Shown: positions 21,855 through 34,724 of the stretch, one piece after another
How positions within the stretch are numbered: position 1 is the first letter of the stretch
How the letters are laid out: each line of letters begins with the position of its first letter
Assembly: GCA_965235115.1 (NCBI GenBank)
Contig: OZ249448.1
Location: 23,684,001-23,748,000, forward strand
DNA: 64,000 bases
Source: Laetmonice hystrix
Taxonomy: Eukaryota
Direction of reading: 5' to 3'
Program-made: the position numbers and the translations under genes
The notes under the pieces: model-generated
Seen by the model: the letters and a program-made list of their open reading frames with translations, nothing else
Told to the model about the DNA's origin: nothing
Databases searched by the model: none

Positions 21855-22639
21855 TCCCTCCATGCGACCAATACCGTCTTTAGGAGCACTACTCGACATC
21901 AAGGTATACAGTTCCCATCACCACGACGTTATTATGTTCCTATAGTGACAGATCGCGTGTTTCTCTCCCCGACTACCTCATTTATTAATCTAATCAGGCG
22001 AGCCCCAGTAAGATACTGCGAGGGATTGTTTTTTTAAAGATTAAGTTCGACCAATTGCATGTGAAGTAAACAGGAACCAGGACAACACATCAACTTTCGA
22101 GTTGGGAAATTATCCTAAATGACAAATAATTTGATAAACTGAAGAACTGTGCGTCCATGAGAAACATTTGAAAATGCTGACGCCATGTCAACAGGGACTC
22201 ACCTTCCTGAAATACTCTCCAAGAGCGTCCCCAGTCCATTTAACTCACCTCGAAATCCCTCAAAGGAAATTCCTCAAAAGTATTACCTAGTTACCGGTAT
22301 GGAGTTACTCCATATAGTAACTTTGCCAAATTTGGTGGTTGGAAGTAAAATCCTATCGTTATGCCCTATCCTGTACCTCTACTCACAATATACCCTTGTT
22401 CATAGACCTGCCCCTCCCCCTGGCTTCGTATACCATGGCGAATACCCTACCTCCGTGCAGAGAAGGCTAAGTGTTCCAGCGAGAACAACTTTAACTTCTG
22501 ACGTCTATCGGAGGAGAAGAAGAATCCACCCCGACGTGGAACACGGAAGGTTAACAAGGCTCAGACTTGCCTACCACAGTGTTGATACCTCCGTGCCCAT
22601 TGCGAGCTACAGCTCAGTGACCTTCACCAGTTACCGGCG

Positions 22640-23037
22640 NNNNNNNNNNNNNNNNNNNNNNNNNNNNNNNNNNNNNNNNNNNNNNNNNNNNNNNNNNNNN
22701 NNNNNNNNNNNNNNNNNNNNNNNNNNNNNNNNNNNNNNNNNNNNNNNNNNNNNNNNNNNNNNNNNNNNNNNNNNNNNNNNNNNNNNNNNNNNNNNNNNNN
22801 NNNNNNNNNNNNNNNNNNNNNNNNNNNNNNNNNNNNNNNNNNNNNNNNNNNNNNNNNNNNNNNNNNNNNNNNNNNNNNNNNNNNNNNNNNNNNNNNNNNN
22901 NNNNNNNNNNNNNNNNNNNNNNNNNNNNNNNNNNNNNNNNNNNNNNNNNNNNNNNNNNNNNNNNNNNNNNNNNNNNNNNNNNNNNNNNNNNNNNNNNNNN
23001 NNNNNNNNNNNNNNNNNNNNNNNNNNNNNNNNNNNNN
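22640..23037. other. Assembly gap (N run)
   Basis: Run of n; ORFs spanning it are artefacts. Confidence 0.98.
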
Positions 23038-25709
23038 ACTCCCGGGGAACAGTGTTGGCCGTACCCCGCCTTTATCACATGTCGATAACACGGGCCCCCG
23101 CACAGGACGACCCGACCTAGGCCCAGATTGAACGGGCCATCCCACAGACGCGGCACGAAAACGTGTCGTCTGTAATTTGTCAGCGATTGCGAGCCGACAT
23201 TTTGACGCGACGCGATAGGAGAACGTCATGACGTGACGTACTGGCGACGCCGCACCAGATTGACGGTGACATCGACCGTGCTATCGCTCAATTCGATCCT
23301 GAATATCGACCCGTATTCAGCCCCTGTGTACGTGAGACAGACTAACCTGTGTTGGGGACGGAGTGTAGGTGGAACAGCATTCACTTTCACGCCAGTGGCT
23401 GTATAATATGTCGTCTCGGAGACGAGTGAGCCTGGCTAGCTGTGAAATATGCTGAGAGCGTCGAGAACAGAGCCACAACCAGGAGCAAGGCTGTTTGCCT
23501 GTTATTCGATCGACCACAACGACACTCGCGCGCACAAAGAGAACAATTGAATCAAAATTGTTTTGCCTCCTGATAAATTCTCCAGGCACTGTCTTTGTAG
23601 GGTGACCCAGCCGCTGTATTGAATTGAGGCATTGGGAAATTTCTTCCTTTCAGGAGTCTGGCAAAATATCAATCATCGTATTAACCAGCAATTTCGGTAT
23701 TCCAGCTAGACTGCATGGGATGGGGCGTGCCACAACATTCGCTTAATTAAAGCGAGGTAAAAGAATAACTTTGAAGAATACATTCCTCAACAACCCCAAA
23801 ATATAGTCCCTGTCTCAATCGCGACCATTATCCAACAGTGACATAAGTACATGTATATTTCATTGTATTTATTTATAGGAGAGACAAAAATCAGACTCAT
23901 TTTACAACACTTTCCTTCACGTTTGGTCATGGATATTTTTTAAATTTCCATTATAATTCCTCTTTGAATTCTAATAAAAGAATGGTTATAAAAACAGACT
24001 CTGCTCCAACTGTTGCAGAAGGCCATGCAGTACCTTAATACACTGCCTCCTGCCTCTGACAGTTATCATCTAATTTGCAATGACGCTTTTTCTCTTGATC
24101 CGAACACTACTACAAACAGGAAATACGTCAGATTGGTGTATTCTCAGTTAGAGGGTCAATGCTTTGGTATGTATGACACATCATTCCACAGTGAGAACGA
24201 AATCTTGGGATGCCTCTTGATATCATCAACCGTGGACATCTGAAATGTGGCTTCGGACTCAAAACGAGCTACGATTGCACGCCACTTGTTATGTTGCATT
24301 GGGCAGGGCCCATTAAATCCTTGACCTTCTTAACCAGGATCCAGCCTTTCATAACACCCGAAGGTTAATGCCCAGTTTTGCTCAACTTAAGTTGTTGCTA
24401 AAGTTAAGTTTAACACATCTGATTGTCTAAGTAAACCAGCCAAAACGTTAGGTTTAATTACAAAATGGTCGGTAGAAGACAATGTTTGTGCGGATGAACT
24501 GCCAGCGAGAGAGTCTGTCTGAGAGCGAATCTCTGGAAACATGCACCACACGTTCATCATCAGATGTGAAGGACTTGGAGCACTTACAGATCACTGTCTA
24601 GATTAAAACTGTAGTGTGATGGCGTATTGTCAGTAAATGCAGGCATTCTGCTGAGACTGACGCTCAATACCCCTGTCCGCTTCATGACGGACAGAGATGT
24701 ATCCACACGTAGGACTAGATGCATCTGTAAAAAGGTAACCTCGGGGAATGTATAGCAGCTGTTTGTTACACGCGCTTGCCTGAATATTGCATGTGCAGTC
24801 CACTTACGCACTTTGAGAGCAAGTTGCCTTTCAGACATGCAACTGTAGCGGAGTGTCTGTCTCTAACCCGAAGCCACATTAAGGGCCTGATCGTACAAGT
24901 GCATTTATCTAAACTGTATTTAACATAATAGGTCTAATAGAAACCTCCTCGGCTGCTCACGGATCAGTGAAGGAGGGCGTATTCAAGAGGCTATATAAGG
25001 CATCCTTTACTATCCACGAATACCAATAATTACTATCAGTCCTGAGTTATGAGGGGAATTGCTGGTTTCCTGTATGGCCAGATATCGGTGAATTACAGCG
25101 GCAGGTCCGCCGGCCGGCGGTCGGCGGCGATAGGCCGGAACACAGGGCGGACAGGGGCCGTCCGGGACCGGCGGGACAACGCAGTACAACCCTGTGGAAC
25201 TCTCTTAAAGAACGGCGGCCCACGGGGCACGGTCGCCTCGCGCGGCGTCGCCGGCTGCGACAAATCAAAGAGCTTCCTGCAGAACCGCTCAGTCCAAGGT
25301 GACCTCTACACGCCATCCATAGGCCTGAGCCACCCCGGACTGGCCTGGATGACCCAAGGTTGAAGCCACAGAATGGCCCGAGTGCCAAGGACGGCCAAAA
25401 TGCGCCTCACAAACCAAACAGTTAATGACAAGACCTCCTTTACCGGTGTAAGCTCCCAGACTATCTCCTATAAAGTATACCACTATAGATTCTGGCTGTT
25501 CCCAGAATATGCCTCGCCTCCCGGAATCTACCCCCAGTACTTCAGGTATTGTTTGCAAACTACCCCACTAAGAACTACCTATAGTTTATGTAGTTTTATA
25601 CATCGAGGCATGGTTGTAGTCTAAATCCCCAGTCAACCCTAGTCACACCTGCTCACGATCATCTGTACTGCACCCAGTAAACGACCTGTCCCGACTGGTT
25701 GCACGTCTT

Positions 25710-25719
25710 TGTCTTTGTG

Positions 25720-25807
<88 letters not shown>

Positions 25808-25808
25808 G
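25710..25808. repeat. (CT)n microsatellite
   Basis: ctctctct run. Confidence 0.95.
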
Positions 25809-26479
25809 TCTTTTTTAAATATAAGCATCATTGAAGGTAGCTATGGGGTAGATTCCAGACTATATTCCCGGAGGATGGAGATAGGGTAGTTCCTGGGGGC
25901 AGGTAGAGGTTGGGACGCCCGGTTATGCCCTGGGAAGGGGGTAAATTGCCAGACCTTAGACCGGCATGCTCGAGGGCGCGCAGAATTACATCCGAGATCT
26001 GCGAACTTCAACCACATCTACTGCATATCTAGAACAGGTTGTTGGGGATGACTGCTCGGAGAGGGTGCTGGGGGTGAGGTGAGGGGGTGAGGAGAGGGGT
26101 GTGGATCAGGGTGAGAGGCACTAGTCGGAATCTACCCTCCAGTCAGACGTTAACGACACGTTAGCAATCACATCCCTGTGTCAGGATCATAGCCAGGTCA
26201 TGACCTCTAGGCAGAGCTGAGGGTCAACCCTCAGGGGTCAGCCGCCCACTCCCCTATCCCACTATCAGGCCACTAGAGGGCAGCACGTCATTCCGCTGGG
26301 ATTGCCCTTGGCGTGAAGGAGGCGGGATGGAGGCGGGACAAGGCGTGGCCTGTCAGTTACCGACGGTACGAACAACCACCCAGAGGTACAAGGATTACTC
26401 TCTCCGACATTGATACCATCTGACGGAGTGGAAACTGGTGCTATTACGTACAGTCTCATGATAACACGTGATAACACGT

Positions 26480-26860
26480 GCAATCTCGGCATATCACATC
26501 CAGTCTCGTTATAATACGTCAAATCTCGGGATATCACACCCAGTCTCGTTATAATACGTCAAATCTCGGGATATCCTGTCTCGTGAAATCACATCAAATC
26601 TCGGGATATCGCGTCCAGTCTCGTTATAATACGTCAAATCTCGGGATATCCTGTCTCGTGAAATCACATCAAATCTCGGGATATCACGTCCAGTCTCGTA
26701 ATAATACGTCAAATCTCGGGATATCCTGTCTCGTGAAATCACATCAAATCTCGGGATATCACGTCCAGTCTCGTTATAATACGTCAAATCTCGGGATATC
26801 CTGTCTCGTGAAATCACATTAAATCTCGGGATATCACGTCCAGTCTCGTGAAATCACGTC
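26480..26860. repeat. Higher-order tandem repeat of alternating 40-bp and 35-bp subunits (75-bp period)
   Basis: A = aaatctcgggatatcacgtccagtctcgttataatacgtc; B = aaatctcgggatatcctgtctcgtgaaatcacatc; order ABABABAB. Confidence 0.92.
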
Positions 26861-27395
26861 AAATTTCGGGACAGCAGGCCCAGTCTGGCGATGCTACTGT
26901 CCACGGCCAGGGTTGTAATCTGGATTAACCAGGGCCTATATCAATATCAAATCTCTGTGCGAGAAACTCAGCAATCAGATCTAATCGCCTTCTCTTACGA
27001 ATGTTGTTTTCGATCGAGAACACTTCCTCTGGTGTGTTATTAGATTTAGTTGCTCGGTCTGTTGTACGTACGATCAATTCTTACAAAGAATATTTGTGTC
27101 CGGAGGTCTACAAGAGTATGTTATAGACTCGCAAAATGACTGTACTAATCAATAAAACTACATTTCCAAACTTTTTCTGTTACGACTCCACCGTTTGCAC
27201 CCATCTGACCTGTCCAAATGTTTGAACAGGTGAAAAGCTGTGTGCTATACGCTTACATGAGCCTAATATTATATCGAACTGCACTTGTGTCTGTGTGTGA
27301 AGCCTTGATCGGGCCAGAGTGTCCACGTTGTTATGTTATAGCATAATACAAGGCAACAAGGGGGTAACATTGCTATCTAGAATCTCCCAGAACAG

Positions 27396-27798
27396 AAATT
27401 AGGTCAAACGAGCATTGAAATCCTCCAATCACCGACAATAAATCAGTAAATTAGGTCAAACGAGCATTGAAATCCTCCAATCACCGACAATAAATCAGTA
27501 AATTAGGTCAAACGAGCATTGAAATCCTCCAATCACCGACAATAAATCAGTAAATTAGGTCAAACGAGCATTGAAATCCTCCAATCACCGACAATAAATC
27601 AGTAAATTAGGTCAAACGAGCATTGAAATCCTCCAATCACCGACAATAAATCAGTAAATTAGGTCAAACGAGCATTGAAATCCTCCAATCACCGACAATA
27701 AATCAGTAAATTAGGTCAAACGAGCATTGAAATCCTCCAATCACCGACAATAAATCAGTAAATTAGGTCAAACGAGCATTGAAATCCTCCAATCACCG
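27396..27798. repeat. 52-bp minisatellite x~7.7, near-identical units
   Basis: Unit aaattaggtcaaacgagcattgaaatcctccaatcaccgacaataaatcagt. Confidence 0.95.
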
Positions 27799-30700
27799 AA
27801 TCAGCCCCAGTCACGTGTTAAACATTGTCACACAAAATAATGGCACAGAAAAGAATCCCACTATTGACTGACTACGTGCTCGGCGCACGGGCATGGCATG
27901 GGGATGACACACACAGAGAAAGATTAAAACTAGTCGAATAACTAGCTCACCAAGCGACACCCATACCACCCCCTAAATATACGGGACAGAGGCCAACAAT
28001 CTTCAGAAACCTCTTTCACCTTTCTTTTCTTTTCCGTTTGTTCTTAATCTTTGTTCCCGACGACTTCAATTAGGTGATCCTCTACCGTGTATTGGAATGA
28101 AAAGTTACCAGCTGGGAACTCTTGGCTAGATTCTTGGCAAAACTGCTCCAAGTTGTATTTCCTTGTAACTAAACTATAATTAAAACGCTGATGTCCCCTG
28201 TGAGTCTTTACATACCATATAAGGGCACAGTTTTACGGTGTGGTCCTCGCGTAATTCTAACTAAACAAAACTTCCCTGACACCATTCTATCCCAAGGTAA
28301 ACTGGAGTGCCACCTTATGAAATTATACGGTATCGCTTGATGTATGTAGGTTATAGTTGTGAGAGTGGATTAACGGAGTAATAATATACACTGGGATGTA
28401 GGTCCAGAACAGCAGGCCCACAAACAAACAGTATAATCAACTTACGTTGTTCCCCTTGGCAACAACCTGCATTCGACTGCTTACCTGAAAAGACAAGGAA
28501 AGTACATATAGATGTATGCGTGAAGATATCAATAGGGGGGGGGACAAGATTAGGAGAAAAAATAATTATAAGAAGGTCTTATCTTTATAAATTCTTTCAT
28601 TTCAACCATTCAACTTTGTATTCCAATCCTTCATCTTGAGACAGTCCTGCATCTCTTGTATCTCTATAGTCATCTTTACCAAACGTGTCACAGATAGCTG
28701 CAGTGCCCTTACATCAGCCTCCCTCGTATTGACCGTAATGTGAGACGGCTAAGCTGCCTCTTTTGCCCCAATGGTTCCTACTGCATTTACATCCTACTTT
28801 AGAAACCTTCCTTCAGTGTCCCCGCGAAATGCGTTCCAGGCCGCCATTTGCCAGGCCCACGTGTTCTCGCTCGAGACGAGACTTTAGACGAGAGACGAGA
28901 TGGCGTCCTGATCAAAGCGCGAACATAATAGCTAATTACGCGAGCGATGGTTCATAGGGGGCGCTACGCAGACTATTGCACTTCGAGGAAGAAGTATCGC
29001 TTACATGTGCCGACGTGCAACCAAATATCAACATAACATTGACGATGGTTTCAGCCCTCCGCCAAAAAGAAACCACTAATTCCCAGAGTGCACTGCGTCC
29101 AGTGGCAACTCGCACTTTGAGGTTCTCGTCTGACATTGCTTCACAACATAACATGTGGCAACATTCCGATCAAAAGCAAAGGAAACGGCTTCTTTTCATG
29201 GTCCAAAACGTTTGCGAATTAGTCTTAAAAAAAACCCCTGTTTGTGTTGTTTATTTCTTGCCCTATTCCGGTGTGGCATTAAAACGGTTTTAATCATTCC
29301 GACCAGCAATGAACGAGTCTAATTGTCAATCGGATACATCAAAGTTTGTTATAGAGGCCGATTTATATTGATGTAAGGCTCCTTGATATCAGAGATGATT
29401 TCCCATGTGATATATCAAAATGACTGCGTTACATATGAGAGCAAATACAAGCTCGAATTATATAGAAGGCCTATGAATCACTTGTATGACACTATCTGGT
29501 CATCATATAAAGTTGAAATCTGCTCTCCAACAAAAAGTAACCGTCGTTCTCGAGTACGTTGAGAATACAAAATAACTGTAAATTTAATTGCACGGAGGAT
29601 AGAGATCAAGTGCAGTTTTTGTTGCACAGAACATTCCGACTCGGCTGGAAGACGCCTCGTTATCGGACGTAGTTCTTCTTCTCTGTCAGGATGAGCTTCT
29701 CTCTTCTGATGAGATTCATCTCCATAGCAACATCCTGACCAAATTTGGCGGTAAGGACAAAAATAATATCATTGTATCACGATTCCGCGCCGCACATTTA
29801 TACACTTTATACATTCCTACCCCCTGCCCTCTCCCTTACCCTAACCCTACTAACATAACATAACCGTTATTTCTCAAACTGAGAATAAAGCAAGTCAGCT
29901 TTCACTTTCCTGAATGGAAAGTCTACACTTCGCCATAATGATTTTATTTTATTGTGGTTTTTAATCAGCCGTACTCGCCCCATGGCGCCACAGCCAACCA
30001 AATCTCGCTCAGCGTCTCCATTTAATTCTCGCTCTCGCGAGATGTGCACGCACATTGCAATTTAATCGATTGCGTGGTAAAACGTGATCATCTAAACGAT
30101 AATAATTCACATCCCTCTTAGTTAATCTATGTCTTTACTGCCGCCCCCAATCTACAGGCATTCTCTGCGGGCCAAAACGTCGTACGGGTGGGTTACGGTG
30201 TATACGTCAGATGGGGGTGGCATGCCATATCGAAACTAAAATCAGAACACATCAAGAAAAATCAATTATTATCTTCGAGTTTCGCAATCCATAACGCCAA
30301 GTTATGATAAAAGTTAGATGTCATCCAAGATTATAATCGAATATTCCCCAGCATGAATCTACCATTCTCTCCTAAATGTCGTACGACTACGGAATCTATG
30401 GAAAGTGTAATATCGTGAATTGAGTAAAACTAGATACCAGCTGACATACATTGAACTCGTACAGATTAGATATGTGCCGACAACAAGGTGTCTGGGAGAT
30501 TATGCGCGCTCGAGGAACGGACGCTAACAGGTAATTTTCACCAGTCACGAAGACATATTTCGTGTTACCATGGAGACTGACACGATCCGTCGTGAGAGGG
30601 GACTGGGCCGTGGGAACATGTACGACGTTACCATGGTACCAGCGTCCTGTCTGGTCTGTAAGCCGAGCGAACGCTGAGGGTGGTAGGGGTAATCCTCTCA

Positions 30701-30878
30701 ATCCAGGGTTTATCTAAATAAATCATTCTGATTACACCCCATCCTACCCGTCCACATGTGGACGTGGGTTGCTGAGGGAAGCGGCTTATCTTCCCGACAA
30801 TTAACCACTAAGTGGATAACGCCATCTAGCGGCCTCTGCCCAACACTTTGCAATAATACCGTGATCAGGAAATGTGTG

Positions 30879-31089
30879 CCTGTCTGCCAGCGTCCAGTAT
30901 TGTGCAATCCTGTCTGCCAGCGTCCAGTGGTGTGCAATCCTGTCTGCCAGCGTCCAGTATTGTGCAATCCTGTCTGCTAGCGTCCAGTGATGTGCAATCC
31001 TGGCTGCCAGCGTCCAGTATTGTGCAATCCTGTCTGCCAGCGTCCAGTGGTGTGCAATCCTGTCTGCCAGCGTCCAGTATTGTGCAATC
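30879..31089. repeat. 30-bp minisatellite x7
   Basis: Unit tgtgcaatcctgtctgccagcgtccagt(at/gg). Confidence 0.93.
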
Positions 31090-33614
31090 AGTGCTTGACG
31101 AGGACGTCCTGTTCATTCTCGGACATTGGCAAAGTGCAAGGATGTAAGATTTTGGAAAGCTTGTGGGCGGTGAGGGCGGTGGACTACGCGGACGTGATGA
31201 CGTCACTTTGTGCGGCGATGCCACTGTGACGTCACTAGCACAGCGTCTGTGGCACGTTATATGACCAATAACGCGGTAGTTCCTTTACTTTTGATCTCCT
31301 CGCTAGGTGAGAATTGACGGACGCTAGGATAGCCTTCCAGTCAGGCAACAAGATGTGGCGATTCGTTTCAATAGTAATATACATTATTACCTATTCTGTC
31401 AGTGTAACTGTCAAATGTAAATTTGGCGTGACGTCACAAACAGAGACCCGATCTGACTTCGTCACACGTTCGCTACTAGTCAACCTCTCTTCTCATGTAG
31501 AAAGTGTTTCCAAACACATTACTGTCATGTCGTCGGCTAGATCAAAGGGTCTCACTGCGGGGCTGGTCATGCAGTCATGCGTTCAAGGCACCCATAAATA
31601 GTTGAGCATTATGATTCGTCATCGTGTCAACTCCCAAACGAATCGTACCCCGGGCCTCAATTGCCTGTCATGTAAAATTTAGTACTCTAATGGGAAATTT
31701 GGTGTCCCTGTGGGTTAGAACTGCTTTTGAAGCACTTCCGCCAATGCTCTAAATCTGCTGATGTCAGCATTACAAGCGTCTAGTCGCGGCTATCCAGTAA
31801 AGTTGAGAATTACTGCTAATTTTGCGGTTATCACCGTTACAATCTATTCAGTAACTTCTTTCAAATTCTCATGTAACATAGATTTGATAAGGCGGATACA
31901 CTCTACTGTCTATGGGGACAAGACGTTGTGCCAGTGTTAACATACATAATTATCCGGTCGAATACAAAAGGCTCTACCTTGTGAACCTATAGGACTGCAA
32001 GAAACCGGAAATACCTCTCACCAGAGCATGAGGACTTTCACATCGGGATAAACTGACATTCTGAATGGCATATCATAAATCGTTTGTGCCTTTTGACATG
32101 GAAAATAAAAGGTATCCGGATCCTTAATGGGTTGCCTGAATCTGGTTAAACCCTGCGTGTCAGATGAGATCTAATGGAAGGATATTGAGGGAGTTGCTTT
32201 ATGATCGGCGCCCCATGCCTCTCGGTGGTCATTCTGTGTAAAGATTCGTAACACACCGGGGACATCCGGGCATTCAGGTCGCATATCACCATAGTTACCG
32301 TTCACCGATCAACCTTCACTTGAACGTTTCCGGCGGTACATTACTTGACGTCTCCATCATCTCGCCACCGCGTGTAACGGCTTGCAAGTTTCTACTCTTA
32401 AGGTTGGGCACTTGAATTTTTGTGGACTAAAAACATCCGACTGCGTAATCACCAAAGCGCCCCCAGCCGAGGAGAAAGCGTTAGATCTTTCGCGCCTTCT
32501 TCCGGTAGGCAATGAAACTTCTGTCCTGATTACTGTATCTCATGAGCATAAACCTTTTTGAAATAATTTCAATTTTTTTCTTTGTTTCGGTTTTACTGTC
32601 TGTACTGTCTGTGTTGGCCAAAACCTACAGATCTCTTTTCGTTCTGCAGTGAGATAGACAGGCCCCCCGTATTTTACCAGAAAGTTTCGATTAGAGGCAC
32701 GTAGCAATAATTCTGGCCCTGAACCATAAATATATCCCATATAAACAGTCAGCCATTTTTTGACTGCCCCAGGCTGGCCCGTTATGATAATTCGGCTCGG
32801 ACCGTTCTAAAGCCCCTACTCCAGCCCGTGTGTGAATTGTCTACGACGGTTAGGATGTATCAAATACCGGGAAATCTTTCCAAGGTTGAAAGCATTAAGA
32901 GGACGCTGATAAGGAGAAGCAGATCTGAGTGGGGTGTTTTTATACACACCGTCAGGCAGCACCAGAACTCGTATGCGATATGATGTGATAATCTCATGTT
33001 ATGACAGAGAAAGGGTCGGACATGTGGAGAATTGATCGTCATGTGTGCACGAGGAACGTCCACGGAGGACGAGGAGGTATGGGTGTAAGCTCGAGGCGTG
33101 GGCGAGGGGGGCGGGGGCTCACGTTCTGCACTAATCTGACAGACCGGCTAAGTCCCTTATTGAATTAAGACAAATTTACTTCAATAATGCATTTTCTTAA
33201 ACTAATGGCCGTTTGTGATGGGCGGACTGAGAGTATACGAGGCAAGATATTTTAAATCCTTTAAACATGATTTCCCTGAATGTCATTACGTATAAAGAAA
33301 CAAGTTTTTCTCGATTGGACTGCTGTCGGTAGAACCCGGCGGCTGCCCCCCCCCCCCCCACCACCACCACCACCTCCCCCGCGCCTCGCCAATCTCGGAG
33401 TCATCTTAACGTCGGCATCATCCTCAAATAATCCAAACTCAATGTTTTATCATCTCTGGGTCTGGGAGATCATTGAGAGTAATTTATGCTTTCCGTTAAC
33501 GCGTTCATCTCTTGTCTGGATGTGTTTTTAATTTCTGACAATGGCGCAGTTCATACGTATCATTTGTGTTGATGTATTGCGTTACTCTATGCGTTATAAC
33601 TCACGTAGATATGG

Positions 33615-34724
33615 ACAACCCCATCCCCTTTAGAAACAATCTTTATAAACAACCCCATCCCCTTTAGAAACAATCTTTATAAACAACCCCATCCCCTTTA
33701 GAAACAATCTTTATAAATAACCCCATCCCCTTTAGAAACAATCTTTATAAATAACCCCATCCCCTTTAGAAACAATCTTTATAAACAACCCCATCCCCTT
33801 TAGAAACAATCTTTATAAACAACCCCATCCCCTTTAGAAACAATCTTTATAAACAACCCCATCCCCTTTAGAAACAATCTTTATAAATAACCCCATCCCC
33901 TTTAGAAACAATCTTTATAAATAACCCCATCCCCTTTAGAAACAATCTTTATAAACAACCCCATCCCCTTTAGAAACAATCTTTATAAACAACCCCATCC
34001 CCTTTAGAAACAATCTTTAAAAACAACCCCATCCCCTTTAGAAACAATCTTTATAAACAACACCATCCCCTTTAGAAACAATCTTTATAAACAACCCCAT
34101 CCCCTTTAGAAACAATCTTTATAAACAACCCCATCCCCTTTAGAAACAATCTTTATAAATAACCCCATCCCCTTTAGAAACAATCTTTATAAACAACCCC
34201 ATCCCCTTTAGAAACAATCTTTATAAACAACCCCATCCCCTTTAGAAACAATCTTTATAAACAACCCCATCCCCTTTAGAAACAATCTTTATAAACAACC
34301 CCATCCCCTTTAGAAACAATCTTTAAAAACAACCCCATCCCCTTTAGAAACAATCTTTATAAGCAACACCATCCCCTTTAGAAACAATCTTTATAAACAA
34401 CCCCATCCCCTTTAGAAACAATCTTTATAAACAACCCCTTTCCCTTTAGAAACAATCTTTATAAACAACCCCATCCCCTTTGGAAACAATCTTTATAAAC
34501 AACCCCATCCCCTTTGGAAACAATTTTTATAAACAACCCCATCCCCTTTAGAAACAATTTTTATAAACAACCCCATCCCCTTTAGAAACAATCTTTATAA
34601 ACAACCCCATCCCCTTTAGAAACAATCTTTATAAACAACCCCATCCCCTTTAGAAACAATCTTTATAAACAACCCCATCCCCTTTAGAAACAATCTTTAT
34701 AAACAACCCCATCCCCTTTAGAAA
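33615..34724. repeat. 34-bp minisatellite x~32
   Basis: Unit aaacaaccccatcccctttagaaacaatctttat. Confidence 0.96.

Noticed and set aside
22203-22239. Candidate exon 1 MDWGRSWRVFQE-G|GTGAGT
   Set aside because: The phase is correct but the peptide is short and polar, so it is not a signal peptide.
22185-23229. Long ORFs of 180-311 aa
   Set aside because: They are open only because they run through the N gap; the same applies to the ORFs at 17970-18368.
27396-34724. CRISPR-like regular repeats
   Set aside because: Units are head to tail with no unique spacers, there are no cas genes, and the context is eukaryotic.
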